A stretch of 64,000 nucleotides of DNA from an uncultured Verrucomicrobiae bacterium (GCA_963812605.1 CAWEWF010000001.1:192001-256000), one strand, 5' to 3'. Counted from the stretch's first letter, positions 1 through 9,882 are shown. Notes: generated from the letters alone by a model not told the origin. Made by a program: numbers and translations.

Positions 1-123
1 CGTGACCGTGCCCTCGACCACGCGCTGCTGGCCGACGATGATCTTGTGCACCTCTTGTCGGACGCGTTGGAAATCTTCCCGGAATTGGTTCGCTTCGTTC
101 TGCAACATCTCTGTCTCACTCAT
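1..123 (-). CDS. moxR: MoxR-family AAA+ ATPase, N-terminal part (runs off the window edge)
   Basis: Not in the ORF track. Manual translation from ATG at 123 gives MSETEMLQNEANQFREDFQRVRQEVHKIIVGQQRVVEGTVT, with the typical MoxR 'k.ivGQ..vve' start. The ATG overlaps the stop of the VWA gene. Confidence 0.8.
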   Translation of the reverse strand, partial: MSETEMLQNEANQFREDFQRVRQEVHKIIVGQQRVVEGTVT

Positions 124-3116
124 TGCGGTTCTCCTTTGGATCGGCTGTCTTCCTGTCGCTTTCGTTTACGCGCCAGTAATTGTTCGGTCGTCGATAGCGC
201 CTCGGTTGATGGTTCCTGTATCGGCGCAGGGGCTGTCGGTTGCGGACGGTTTCCAGTCTCCATCGTCGGTGTGAGTGGGCGCTCTCTTCGCGGCGCGGCG
301 GTCTGCAGGACTCGCTCCTTCCGCTTCAACAACGCGCTCAGGGTTTCCGTGGACTCATCCTTGCGGGCCGCCCCAAACCAGCCGCGAATCACGCCCCAGT
401 CCAATTGGACGCGCCGCACACCCACGTCCAACGGCACGAGGCACGCCAAAGCCAGCAAGAGCCAGTCCACGATCGACTTAGAACTCTCCCGCGGCACGCG
501 TGCGGTGCCAAACAGTTCCTTGCCGGTCTCGCTGCCCGTCAACACCCTCCCGCCCGTGCGGCTCGCGATTTTTTTCAGCAGAATCGGGTCGGACCGGAAC
601 CTCAAGTATTCCGGCGAATACGCCACGACGAAACCGCCGACAACCTGTTCACTGCGTCCACCCCCTGTGCCTGCGGCAACCACCTGGTATTGTCCCTTTC
701 CCCACAAGGGAAGCCGGGCCTGATAACGGCGTGGGCCAACCTGCTCCAGCCGCACCGTTTCCGACCGCTGGTGCGGTCCCATCACCTGGGCCTCCATTTC
801 GAGAAGGGATTCATGTGGATCGTAATCTTCCACCTGAATCACGCCTTCACTACCGCTCGCGAACGTTTGGAGGTGAAGGTCGCTATGCTGCTCCACGCGT
901 GAAATCTCCGTGATCAGTTGTTTCACGAACGCCTCGTACCGCGGCCACCGCACCCACTCGGCTCCCCAATTCGCGGACAAATCGGAAGTGAACGCCGCCG
1001 TTGTTCCCAATCCAAACCGCCATGTCGCCAGCACGGGATCGACATCCTCGGTATCCGGCCCTTTCAAGATCGTCGTGGCCCGTGCCTTCGGCGTCGTCAA
1101 CACATACCCGCGCAATTCGGGCAACGCTTCGATGCCCTTGAGGATCGGAGAGGGGAACTGGACGGTCGGCACGAACGTTTTGTTCTGAATCATGCTCCGC
1201 TTCAGCGTCTTGGCTTCCTTGATGAAAATTGAGGGTAACTGCTGGGGGTCATCAGGGCGATAGTACCGTCCGCCCGTCGCTCCAGCCAACGTCTGCAGGA
1301 TGGAAACATCCTGTCCCCCGTGAGGGTTGATTACGACCGTCGAAACGCTGATTTTTCCCGCAACGAACAAATCCACCAATGCCGGCGGCGGTGGCGAGGG
1401 GTCGCCGTCGCTAATGATGATCATGTGCTTCATGGCCGCGTCACTGTCCTGGAGCGCTTTCAAGCCCAATTGCATAATGCTCGCGAAACTCGGCATGTCC
1501 ATCGGCTCGCACTGGTTGATCAAGGTGACCAACTTTTCGTATTCACCGGCGGGCGTGAGTGGAAACACCCACCGATCCGTGCCGTCGTATATCAGCAATC
1601 CCACCTCGTCCTGGGCCCCCAACACGCGGATCGCTTCCTTCGCAATCCGCTTCGCCCAGACATTGCCCTCCGCGAACTCACAGGTATGCAGCACAATCAC
1701 CAGCGCGCCTTTCGGCAACACCTTCTTCTGCGAGATGTCCATCGTCACCGGTAGCGCCTCTTCCACCGCCGTACGATGATAGCCACCGGGGCCGAAGCCG
1801 TTCTTCCCGCCCACCATCAAGAACCCGATGCCCTGGTGGAAGACTGCGTCGCGGACCGCCTGCAACTGCTGGGCATCGAAACTGTCGGCAGGCGCGTTCA
1901 CGAAGATCACGCTGTCGAACGGCAGCAAGGTCAACGCGTCGCGCGGAAACTCGTAGGCGCTGCGCACCTCGACCACCCTCCGGGCGGCTTTCAGCGCCTT
2001 CGTCAAATCTTCCCAATCCCGCGGGTCGCCGCCGGGATCTGTTACCACCAGTACCTTTCCCTCGCCTTTGAGATAGAGGTAATTGATGGCCGTATTATTT
2101 TCCGTCCAGCCATCCAGGCCGGCTGCCGGTTCAATCGTTGCCACGTACTCGTAGTACCCCGGCTCGCGCAAATACAAGGGCAACGTATATCGGTTCTTGC
2201 CGGCGTCGTAGGCAACCTCCTGCTCGGCGATCACGTTGCCGTTCTCCCGCAGGACCAGTTTCCCCGAGCCACGCGCCAGCGACGACAACAACACACCAAC
2301 CTCGTACGTTTCCCCGATCTTCACCGTGCGCGGCAGTTCCAGCCGTTCCAACCACACCTCATTTGGATAGGCGTACTGAATCGGCAGCACGTCGACCCGG
2401 ATTCCCCGGGTCTGCAGTTCTCCCATCACCCGCTCCACATCGCCTTCGTTCTCAACTCCGTCGCTTACCAACACGATCTGCCCCTGGTTTTCCTGGGGAA
2501 TCACCGCCGCCGCCAACGACAGCGCCTTCGACAGGTCCGTCGCATCGTGGCCCACCCGCGAGTTAATGGTTTCGAACGGGAAACTCATCCGCGGCGGCAG
2601 TTCGACAGCGGCCTCGCGTCCGAACACAACCAATCCCGCTTCGTCCTTCTCCGGTTTTGCGCTGGCCGTCTTCAAAATGTAGCTCAGCGCCTGGTCGGAA
2701 ACCTTCTCGCCCATCGAATCGGACACATCGAGCGCGTAGACCAGCGATAACGTGTGGTTTTTCCGCACCGCGCGGGGTTCTGCCAGCGCCACCACCAGCA
2801 CACCCACCACGACCAGCCGCGTTATCAAAGATACAAGCGAACGGACGCGTCCCAGCCCGCTAAAACCCGCCACCGATAACCACCACACCCAGGGCGTGAC
2901 CGCCATCAGTCCAAACGCCTTCGGATTCGAGAATACTACCACCCGCCGCCATTCCAATACCGCGCATCCGCCGCCGAACACGATGAGAAATGCCGTTGGC
3001 GTCAGGATGTTCCACCACGACACCGCGCGCCGCGGCCGGGGAAATGCGCTGAGGAGAATCCGTCGCGCGATTCCCTTCAACCCCACCTCGTCTGGGTGGC
3101 CAGCCAGATACTGCAT
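120..3116 (-). CDS. Large membrane-anchored double-VWA protein with glutamine-amidotransferase-like (DUF1355-type) domain
   Basis: BatA-like N-terminal TM helices (NPKAFGL...ALAEP), MIDAS-like LDVSDSM, IVLVSDG, GFLMVGGKNGFGPGGY, IIISDGD and C-terminal TM LVPLDVGVRR. The ORF-track start (3452) lies inside the upstream gene; ATG at 3116 is chosen, start uncertain. Confidence 0.85.
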   Translation of the reverse strand: MQYLAGHPDEVGLKGIARRILLSAFPRPRRAVSWWNILTPTAFLIVFGGGCAVLEWRRVVVFSNPKAFGLMAVTPWVWWLSVAGFSGLGRVRSLVSLITRLVVVGVLVVALAEPRAVRKNHTLSLVYALDVSDSMGEKVSDQALSYILKTASAKPEKDEAGLVVFGREAAVELPPRMSFPFETINSRVGHDATDLSKALSLAAAVIPQENQGQIVLVSDGVENEGDVERVMGELQTRGIRVDVLPIQYAYPNEVWLERLELPRTVKIGETYEVGVLLSSLARGSGKLVLRENGNVIAEQEVAYDAGKNRYTLPLYLREPGYYEYVATIEPAAGLDGWTENNTAINYLYLKGEGKVLVVTDPGGDPRDWEDLTKALKAARRVVEVRSAYEFPRDALTLLPFDSVIFVNAPADSFDAQQLQAVRDAVFHQGIGFLMVGGKNGFGPGGYHRTAVEEALPVTMDISQKKVLPKGALVIVLHTCEFAEGNVWAKRIAKEAIRVLGAQDEVGLLIYDGTDRWVFPLTPAGEYEKLVTLINQCEPMDMPSFASIMQLGLKALQDSDAAMKHMIIISDGDPSPPPPALVDLFVAGKISVSTVVINPHGGQDVSILQTLAGATGGRYYRPDDPQQLPSIFIKEAKTLKRSMIQNKTFVPTVQFPSPILKGIEALPELRGYVLTTPKARATTILKGPDTEDVDPVLATWRFGLGTTAAFTSDLSANWGAEWVRWPRYEAFVKQLITEISRVEQHSDLHLQTFASGSEGVIQVEDYDPHESLLEMEAQVMGPHQRSETVRLEQVGPRRYQARLPLWGKGQYQVVAAGTGGGRSEQVVGGFVVAYSPEYLRFRSDPILLKKIASRTGGRVLTGSETGKELFGTARVPRESSKSIVDWLLLALACLVPLDVGVRRVQLDWGVIRGWFGAARKDESTETLSALLKRKERVLQTAAPRRERPLTPTMETGNRPQPTAPAPIQEPSTEALSTTEQLLARKRKRQEDSRSKGEPQ

Positions 3117-3724
3117 CGCCCGAGCACCACGCCAAAAATCAAGTGCGCCGTCAAGGTCGCCGCAATAAAGGCCGCGCCCACCTTGATCCCAAACGCTTGT
3201 GGGTAGGGCGTGAACAGCATGGCCAACTCCAACCCCACGGCAAACGCCGTCGCCCACCACCAGCGTCCACGGAAATCGCTCCCGACCATGGCCGCGAACA
3301 TCACGCCGAACGTGGCCCCATTGCTGAAATGATAAACCCAACCGACTACATGCGCCGCCAGCGTTGTGCTGGATATTCCCAGCAGCATGGCGCCGAACAT
3401 CGGAAAGACCTTGAACAACGGCAACGCCGGCACGAAGCCCGACAATCCCCACGCTTTCGAATAAACAAAGGGCAACCGGAACGCGTCATACGCCACCGTC
3501 GCCGCCAGGCCCGCCACCGCGCCGATGAGCGCCCCCCGCCAGTGTTGTCTGATCGCCAATACCAACAGCAGCGCGGTCGCCGGGCCAAACACACACACCG
3601 CAAATGCCCGCATGGAACACCAGCCATATAATTCGACCAACAAACACCAAATCGAAGTCGCCGCCAGTGCGAATGCCACCGCCCGTTCGCGCAACGTCCA
3701 GTCGTTTGCCCGGTTCGCGTTCAC
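3077..3724 (-). CDS. Uncharacterised integral membrane protein
   Basis: 215 aa, about 6 hydrophobic segments, motifs YDAFRLPF, YHFSNG and AHLIFG. The start overlaps the upstream stop. Confidence 0.7.
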   Translation of the reverse strand: MNANRANDWTLRERAVAFALAATSIWCLLVELYGWCSMRAFAVCVFGPATALLLVLAIRQHWRGALIGAVAGLAATVAYDAFRLPFVYSKAWGLSGFVPALPLFKVFPMFGAMLLGISSTTLAAHVVGWVYHFSNGATFGVMFAAMVGSDFRGRWWWATAFAVGLELAMLFTPYPQAFGIKVGAAFIAATLTAHLIFGVVLGRCSIWLATQTRWG

Positions 3725-5496
3725 AGTTTCAATTCCACCAGCCGTCGGTTTCCGGTGTCCGCCACCCGCAAGCGCATTTGTGAATCGATTGCGATACCCC
3801 AGGGCGTCGCAAATTGCCCTTCGCCCGCGCCTGGCCCGCCGTAACGCCCCACCAGCTTTCCGTCGAGGCTCACTTTGGTCACGCGCGCCGCGCCGTATTC
3901 GATCACATAAAACATGTCATCGCTGCCCAACCGCAAATCGTAGGGGAAATGCAGTCCCAGATTGTCAAATGACTGCACAAACTTCCCGTCGTCGGTGAAC
4001 ACTTGTATGCGATTGTTGAACGCATCCGCCACATACACCTTGCCTGCGTGCCACACAATTCCCGAGGGCCGTTGAAATTGGCCCAACCGGGTGCCGAAGC
4101 CGCCAAACGACCCGAGGAATTCGCCTTCGCTTGTGAATTTCTGCACCCGGTCGTTCGACCCGTACTCCGCCACGTACAGGTTCTCGTGATCATCCTTCGT
4201 GATCGCCACCGGATAAATGAACTCACCGTGGCCTGTCCCTTCGCGCCCGAACATCTTGACCACACGGCCCTGGGCATCGAACATCACCACACGGTGGTAA
4301 TGCGTATCGCAGACCACAACCCTTCCGTCGTTGAGCACCACCACGCCTTCCGGTTTGCCGACTGCCGTCTCCGGCATCGTCCACTGCCGCCTCAGCGCGC
4401 CGTCCGCGCCGTACACCAGCACGCGACCTGCCGTGTCGAGCGCGAATACCTCGTCATCGCGTCCGATGGCCACGCTTCGTGGCGCGGGCAGCTTGGCGCC
4501 GTCCGATGGCACCACCCAGGCATGGAATTCACGGACAGGAATCACTGCCGTTTTGTCGCCGCAACCCCAACCCATCGTCATTGCCAGTGCCACCAACACC
4601 TTCAACATTACCCGCACACCTGCGGGTAAATGGTTCGTAGCCGGCCGATGCAAAAATTTTCGCCGCAACCCCGACGGCTCGTGACGCAACTCCACCTCCG
4701 CCACCGCGCCACGAAAACGGGAACTTTCCACCACGCACTCGCCGTTTTCGACCGCCGTTACCGTCACCTGTTCGGGGCGATAACAGCGTGCCACACTCTC
4801 CTCCCGTCCCAGCCACAGTCGCGCCTCTTCCGGTTGGAGCCAGTTCGTTTCCCCCAGGCATTCGGCCAACTCCGCGGTGACCGGGCGCCAGTACAATTCA
4901 TCGAGGTCGCCCGTGTACAACAGCCGGCCTTCCTTCAGGCAGATGACCCGACGCGCCTCGCCAAGCGCGCTCCCCGGCGAATGCGTTGCGAACACCAGCG
5001 ATGCGCCGGTTGCCGCCAGGCGCCGACGAATCACTTCCCAGTATTTTCCGACCCGCGCGGAGTCCACGTTCGCCAGCGGTTCATCCATCACCAAAACGGG
5101 GGCGTCAGCCGCCAGTGCTCGCGCTACGGCCAGCCGCGCGCGTTCGCCCAGCGAAAGTGTCTCGGGAAGGCAATCGGCCCGCGCTGCCAGATCGAAGTCC
5201 TCGAGCAACTCTGCTTTTCCGACAGCCTCCAAATGCTGCCGCGCAGTCAAATGCGGCCACAGCCCGCCATCCTGTGGCGCCCAGAATAATGGCAACGCGT
5301 GCTCGCCGCGCGTGAAGCACTCGGAGAGTTGCCCGCTATCCACCGGCTCGAAGCCCACAAGCAAATTCAACAGCGAAGTCTTGCCCGCACCGGATTGACC
5401 GAGGACGGCTGTCACGCCGGGCTCAATGGTCAATGTCACGTCGCGCAACCGCGTGCCCAACGACACGCGCCGCAGCTCCCAAAGCGCCTGATTCAT
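3721..5496 (-). CDS. ABC transporter ATPase fused to a C-terminal NHL-repeat beta-propeller
   Basis: Walker A GQSGAGKTS, signature LSLGE, Walker B VLVMDEP, H-loop ATH and a TOBE-like segment. Then hydrophobic VMLKVLVALAMTMGWGC and repeated NHL units (GEFIYPVAI, GQFQRPSGI, GQFATPWGIAID, VADTGNRR). ATG at 5496 overlaps the permease stop. Confidence 0.85.
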   Translation of the reverse strand: MNQALWELRRVSLGTRLRDVTLTIEPGVTAVLGQSGAGKTSLLNLLVGFEPVDSGQLSECFTRGEHALPLFWAPQDGGLWPHLTARQHLEAVGKAELLEDFDLAARADCLPETLSLGERARLAVARALAADAPVLVMDEPLANVDSARVGKYWEVIRRRLAATGASLVFATHSPGSALGEARRVICLKEGRLLYTGDLDELYWRPVTAELAECLGETNWLQPEEARLWLGREESVARCYRPEQVTVTAVENGECVVESSRFRGAVAEVELRHEPSGLRRKFLHRPATNHLPAGVRVMLKVLVALAMTMGWGCGDKTAVIPVREFHAWVVPSDGAKLPAPRSVAIGRDDEVFALDTAGRVLVYGADGALRRQWTMPETAVGKPEGVVVLNDGRVVVCDTHYHRVVMFDAQGRVVKMFGREGTGHGEFIYPVAITKDDHENLYVAEYGSNDRVQKFTSEGEFLGSFGGFGTRLGQFQRPSGIVWHAGKVYVADAFNNRIQVFTDDGKFVQSFDNLGLHFPYDLRLGSDDMFYVIEYGAARVTKVSLDGKLVGRYGGPGAGEGQFATPWGIAIDSQMRLRVADTGNRRLVELKL

Positions 5497-6797
5497 ACCC
5501 TCATCCACCATCGCCGCGCCATCACCACGGCTGCCGCCATGGCCAGCGGAGCGCCAAATGTCACACAGAGCATCGCCGACAACGTCGCGGTTTGCCCATA
5601 GTGCATCAGGTTGTACAACCGCACCGTTACCGGCGTCATCGAGATCGGCGCCAGGATCGATCCTGCCGTCAGGTCCCAGTAGGCCCACGCGAATAGCAAG
5701 AACGCCGACCAAAATTGACCACGGACTTTCAACCGCCACACCAACTCCCGCCGGGCCCGCGAGCCGCCCACGAGCCGGGCCAGATACAACGACGACCCGG
5801 GTCGCCAGGCCTCAACCAACAGTCGCAACACCACGGCGAATGGCAGCAGCACCAGCATCAACGCCAGAATGACCGGCACGGGGGTATCGCGTAACGCTCG
5901 TATCACGGGCAACTGTACCGCTGCCAGAATCACCAACGATAGAACCAACGAGCCAAACATCCCGGCAAGCGCCAGGGCCGCCGCCGGCCGGCGTCGTGCC
6001 AGTACGCACGCCACACTCGTCGCTGCCACTGCGAAGACCAAGCTCGCGCCGATCTCTTTGCCCAACGCGAAATTTTGCAGCACCGCTGCCAGTCCCTCCA
6101 TTGTCCCCCTCAGGACAATGGCCGCGGGCACAAAGAACACCACTACGAACGCGACAACCAGATGCAGCCAGCCCAACCAAACGTGCCTCACCCCGGTGCC
6201 CCGGTTGGCATGCGCTTCGACGCGCGGTCGGGCGCGCCAAAGCCACCAGACTACCCAACCAACAACCGCCGCCTCGCACAACGCCGGCAACATCGTCAAC
6301 CGCAATGATTCGCCCAGCGCCAGTCCACCGGCGTGGGCGTCAAAGAGCGCCACCGTCCACGAAGGTACATTCATCAGCGACGCCATCTCGAATTCTCCAA
6401 ACGCGAAGAGAAACACCAGGGCAAAGGCAGCCATCGGTGCGCGGGCGCAACCGGCCTTCCATTGAAAGACCCAATCCTCGCGGCCCCGCAACTGTCGCCG
6501 ACAATGAAGTGCCTCCGCGGAAATGGATTGGGGCGTGAATGCGAGCACAACCGCCGCCACCGGTGTAAGCTTCAGCCACAACAGCGCTGCATAAAGCGCC
6601 CCGTTGGCCGCGGGGTGTCGCACCAGCGACAGCGAAAAGCTCCCGTAGGCGTACCCAACGAGCAACGTCGGCGTCAGATAGGGCGCCAGCAACACCGCCC
6701 AGGCCATTCGTCGCGCCGCGAGAAGCGGGCGAATTGCGTAAGCTGAACCGATGGAAAGAAAGCCGATCACCACGCTCCGCATCAAGGCCGCCGTCAT
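5493..6797 (-). CDS. ABC transporter permease (FbpB/Fe3+-type, duplicated TM module)
   Basis: Multi-TM protein with LLAPYLTPTLLVGYAY and FAFGEFE. TGATG overlap with the upstream binding-protein gene. Confidence 0.8.
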   Translation of the reverse strand: MTAALMRSVVIGFLSIGSAYAIRPLLAARRMAWAVLLAPYLTPTLLVGYAYGSFSLSLVRHPAANGALYAALLWLKLTPVAAVVLAFTPQSISAEALHCRRQLRGREDWVFQWKAGCARAPMAAFALVFLFAFGEFEMASLMNVPSWTVALFDAHAGGLALGESLRLTMLPALCEAAVVGWVVWWLWRARPRVEAHANRGTGVRHVWLGWLHLVVAFVVVFFVPAAIVLRGTMEGLAAVLQNFALGKEIGASLVFAVAATSVACVLARRRPAAALALAGMFGSLVLSLVILAAVQLPVIRALRDTPVPVILALMLVLLPFAVVLRLLVEAWRPGSSLYLARLVGGSRARRELVWRLKVRGQFWSAFLLFAWAYWDLTAGSILAPISMTPVTVRLYNLMHYGQTATLSAMLCVTFGAPLAMAAAVVMARRWWMRV

Positions 6798-7834
6798 CAC
6801 CGGTACTCCGATTTCAACCAGGCGAGACATTCCTGCCGCGCGGCGCCCACCCGTGCCAGGGGATATCCCTCGGCAGCCCAGCGTTCCAACTGCCGAACAT
6901 CCTCGGGCAAAGCCGCTTCCTCCACGGCACCCAATGGTATCTGACGCGATTTCGCGTTCGCCAACGCCATCTCGCATTCGGCGGACAAAAGATAATCCGC
7001 CAGCTTCTTCGCCGATTCGAGCCGTCGAGTGCCGGCGATAATCGCCACGGTATTGGGAATGCAAATTGTCGCCCCTCCATCCAGGCGGGCCGGCACCATC
7101 GCCACGGGTTTGCCTTCGTCGTGTGCTTCGAAGTAATCGTCCGTGTCGGTCAACCCGAGGTCACATACGCCTTCGGCAACCAGATCCTTGACCATGGCGT
7201 TGCCCGCCACCTCGCGGACTCCTCGCGCGCGCCAATCACGATGCCACGCAACGAGTTTGTCCATTCCCCAGAGTTGCCACAACGCGGTGTACTGCGCGCG
7301 GGTCGTGCCGTACAGCGGCTTGGCGATGGCCACTCGAGAGAGATCGCCGCGCAAGGCCGTGTCAATTGCATCCGGTTGCGCCGCCAGTTTGCGGGTATTG
7401 ACGATCCACACGCGCAATCGCGCCGCGAAGCCAGCCCAACGGCCATCGGGATCGCGAAACCGGTCCGGGATACGGTTGAATCCCGGGCCTTTGTAGGGTT
7501 GCAGCAGCCCCTGTTCTGCCAATTCGAACGTCCCGAGAGGCTCATTGTTCCAAAACACGTCACACCGCGGATGTTCTTTCTCCTGCAGCAACAGTTCCAC
7601 CAGGCCGAGTGACTTTGTCGCCTCGGTGTCGTACCGAATCAGGATCGGGATACCAGCGCGCTGTTCGAACTCACGAAGTATCTTTTCGGAATAGATGGCG
7701 TCGTGCGCGCAATACACCACCAACGCTGATCGTGACGGCGCCCAGATCCAATATCCCACAGCCCCCGCCCCAATGAGCACGGCAGCGAAGAGAGCAGACT
7801 GCTTACGGCTTGGCTGTAGGGATGGGGTTCTCAC
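6797..7834 (-). CDS. ABC substrate-binding protein (FbpA/AfuA-like)
   Basis: LVVYCAHD, DTEATKSLGL, CDVFWNNE, AARLRVWIVNT, GLTDTDD and IPNTVAII, with an N-terminal membrane anchor. Start uncertain (7834-7897). Confidence 0.85.
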   Translation of the reverse strand: MRTPSLQPSRKQSALFAAVLIGAGAVGYWIWAPSRSALVVYCAHDAIYSEKILREFEQRAGIPILIRYDTEATKSLGLVELLLQEKEHPRCDVFWNNEPLGTFELAEQGLLQPYKGPGFNRIPDRFRDPDGRWAGFAARLRVWIVNTRKLAAQPDAIDTALRGDLSRVAIAKPLYGTTRAQYTALWQLWGMDKLVAWHRDWRARGVREVAGNAMVKDLVAEGVCDLGLTDTDDYFEAHDEGKPVAMVPARLDGGATICIPNTVAIIAGTRRLESAKKLADYLLSAECEMALANAKSRQIPLGAVEEAALPEDVRQLERWAAEGYPLARVGAARQECLAWLKSEYR

Positions 7835-9407
7835 CAAGGCTGTCAAAGTAGTGTTGAATCGTCTGATGATAGCCGGCGGGGATTTGCTCGGAAACAACCG
7901 CCTCGCTGGCTTGCTGTTTTACTTCGTCAATGGCGTGTTGGAAGTCTTCGTGGGCTTTGCCCGGAGTGGACACGTCGTGGGTTGTCCATTGCAAGAGGAT
8001 CTTGCCGGGTTGTAGCGGCGAGGCAGCTTGCTCGGACTTGTATGCAGCCGTCTGCGATTCGTCACCGTGAGGACGTTTCCCTTCCCCCTGCCCGGGTCCC
8101 AGACCATTGCCTCCTTGACTGACCGAATTGTAGAGCGACTGGTACATGGCGGCGTAGTCACCAAGATTCTTGCAGGAAGCTCCCTGCTTGCCGTCGAGGG
8201 GTTGTAGATCATTGAGACCCCGCGCCAGTTGGAGCGTTTTCAGTGCATCCTCGATTTGTTGCATGTCCTGAACCGCCTGTGCGAGTTGCTGCAGTTCCTG
8301 TTCGGTCAACTGTAATGATTCCGCGACACCTTTGAGGGCGTCCGCGGAGAGAGCGCCAATCCTGGACAGATCCAGTTGTTCGAGAGCACGCTGGACGGCC
8401 GCATTGAGCGCCGGCGAGGCCAGTTGTTGCCCAAGTCCGTCGTTGAGAGCCTGGAGACGACTGGCAATTTCCTGGCGGAGCTTGTCACGGGCCGCTGGGT
8501 CGGACGAGGCGGCGAGTTGTTGCGCCAACTCTTTCAGCTCCTCAAGCTCTTTCTTCACGCTGGACACGTCGCCCTTTTGCAAGTCGTCCTTCCATTGCTG
8601 TAGTTTGGCGGGATCGGTGGCGCCAAACCCCTGGCGTGCCGGTGCCTGCGCCAGAACATTACGGAGCTTCTCATCGTTCATCTGTTTCCACAGTTGACCA
8701 AGTTGCTGTTGCTGGTCGTTAAGTCGGGCAAGATTGGCTTGCTTATTCGCCGGTTTCATTTCGCTGAAAGTTTTCTGCAAATCCGCTACCGCTTGATCGA
8801 CGCGGTTGGAGGTGTCAGCCGCAGGCTTTTGCTGGAGCGCGGCGATACGAAGCGCCGTCGCACGGCGCGCGTCAGCAAGGCGTTCCTGTTGCGCGGACAG
8901 GGCGCGGCGCTTCTCCGCAATGCCGAACGGATCGAACCGTGGCAACCACAGCATCGCAGCAGCAAGACAGGCTCCCACCGCAACGGCGCTGGCGGTTCGT
9001 CGCTGCCATTGGTAGCGCACCACCTGCTTTGGCTGGATCGTTGCGGCGCGCTGTTCGGCATCGGCCAGCACCAGGGGTTTATACCCACCCGACGCCTGAT
9101 CGATCAGGACGGCGGTCAAAAACAAATCTTTCGTCGCCGTCCGTTCATCAATCAATCGTGCGGCCTCGTCTATCGTGGGTCGACGATGCAATATCAGCGT
9201 GCCTCCGAGCGCGACGACTGGTACAGCCAGAACTGTCCATGGCGTAAACCACGTGGAAAACAATCCGAGCAGGCGGGAGAAGCACAAAAGTGTTAGATAC
9301 GCGCTGGTGCTTACGAGGAGTGCTCTATGCAGTCGGGCAAAAAAGAGGGCAAGGCCGATCCGTTGCCCAACCCGTCCCACAAGACGCCGCACCGTGGATG
9401 CCTGCAT
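7803..9407 (-). CDS. Membrane-anchored coiled-coil protein typical of MoxR/VWA operons
   Basis: Three N-terminal TM helices, AARLIDER, long Q/L/A-rich coiled coil, Gly-rich linker and C-terminal EQIPAGYHQTIQHYF. Confidence 0.75.
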   Translation of the reverse strand: MQASTVRRLVGRVGQRIGLALFFARLHRALLVSTSAYLTLLCFSRLLGLFSTWFTPWTVLAVPVVALGGTLILHRRPTIDEAARLIDERTATKDLFLTAVLIDQASGGYKPLVLADAEQRAATIQPKQVVRYQWQRRTASAVAVGACLAAAMLWLPRFDPFGIAEKRRALSAQQERLADARRATALRIAALQQKPAADTSNRVDQAVADLQKTFSEMKPANKQANLARLNDQQQQLGQLWKQMNDEKLRNVLAQAPARQGFGATDPAKLQQWKDDLQKGDVSSVKKELEELKELAQQLAASSDPAARDKLRQEIASRLQALNDGLGQQLASPALNAAVQRALEQLDLSRIGALSADALKGVAESLQLTEQELQQLAQAVQDMQQIEDALKTLQLARGLNDLQPLDGKQGASCKNLGDYAAMYQSLYNSVSQGGNGLGPGQGEGKRPHGDESQTAAYKSEQAASPLQPGKILLQWTTHDVSTPGKAHEDFQHAIDEVKQQASEAVVSEQIPAGYHQTIQHYFDSLGENPIPTAKP

Positions 9408-9646
9408 CACACCTAATTCTCGCGCAGGTTGTTGTTTCAATAAAGCACAATCGGGTGAATACATCGTCCCTCAAAGGCTTCTTCCACCCGCCGTTCCTCC
9501 CCGTGTGAAGGGATGACAACGCCGCGCCGGCTGGGCCACCGACAACCCAGTGAGTCTGGCCCAGCACCGCAAGGAATGGCCATAACGCGCCACAAAGAGA
9601 TCAGAATTGCCCATGCTGTCTAATTAGTGAGCAGCGGCAACACGTC

Positions 9647-9664
9647 ATTAACACTCTTTTTGCG
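9647..9664 (+). promoter_or_regulatory. Possible KdpE-type operator upstream of kdpF
   Basis: attaacactctttttgcg resembles the T-rich KdpE direct-repeat box and lies about 110 bp upstream of the kdp mini-genes. Confidence 0.3.
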
Positions 9665-9776
9665 GACTGATACCCCCATTTAATTAGCGGGCTGGTTTAT
9701 CGCTCGCTATTGTTGCCGCATGAAAAGTGAACGAATGAATGCGGTCATGGCAACAACCGCGAAAGGGGTTTCCAGT

Positions 9777-9872
9777 ATGAATCTCGCAATCTGGCTGCCA
9801 GCGATGTTTGTGTTGGGCCTTGTGTCGATGGGCCTGTGTTTCTTGTTTCTCAAGGCCTGTGAAAAAATCTGA
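9777..9872 (+). CDS. 31-aa hydrophobic mini-protein preceding kdpF
   Basis: MNLAIWLPAMFVLGLVSMGLCFLFLKACEKI*, preceded by aaagggg and directly upstream of kdpF. Confidence 0.7.
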   Translation: MNLAIWLPAMFVLGLVSMGLCFLFLKACEKI

Positions 9873-9882
9873 GGTGATGACC

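Noticed and set aside
3117-3452. N-terminal extension of the VWA ORF (and similar extensions of the permease, ATPase, rluA and pyrD ORFs)
   Set aside because: They overlap upstream genes in another frame. Downstream coupled starts are more plausible.
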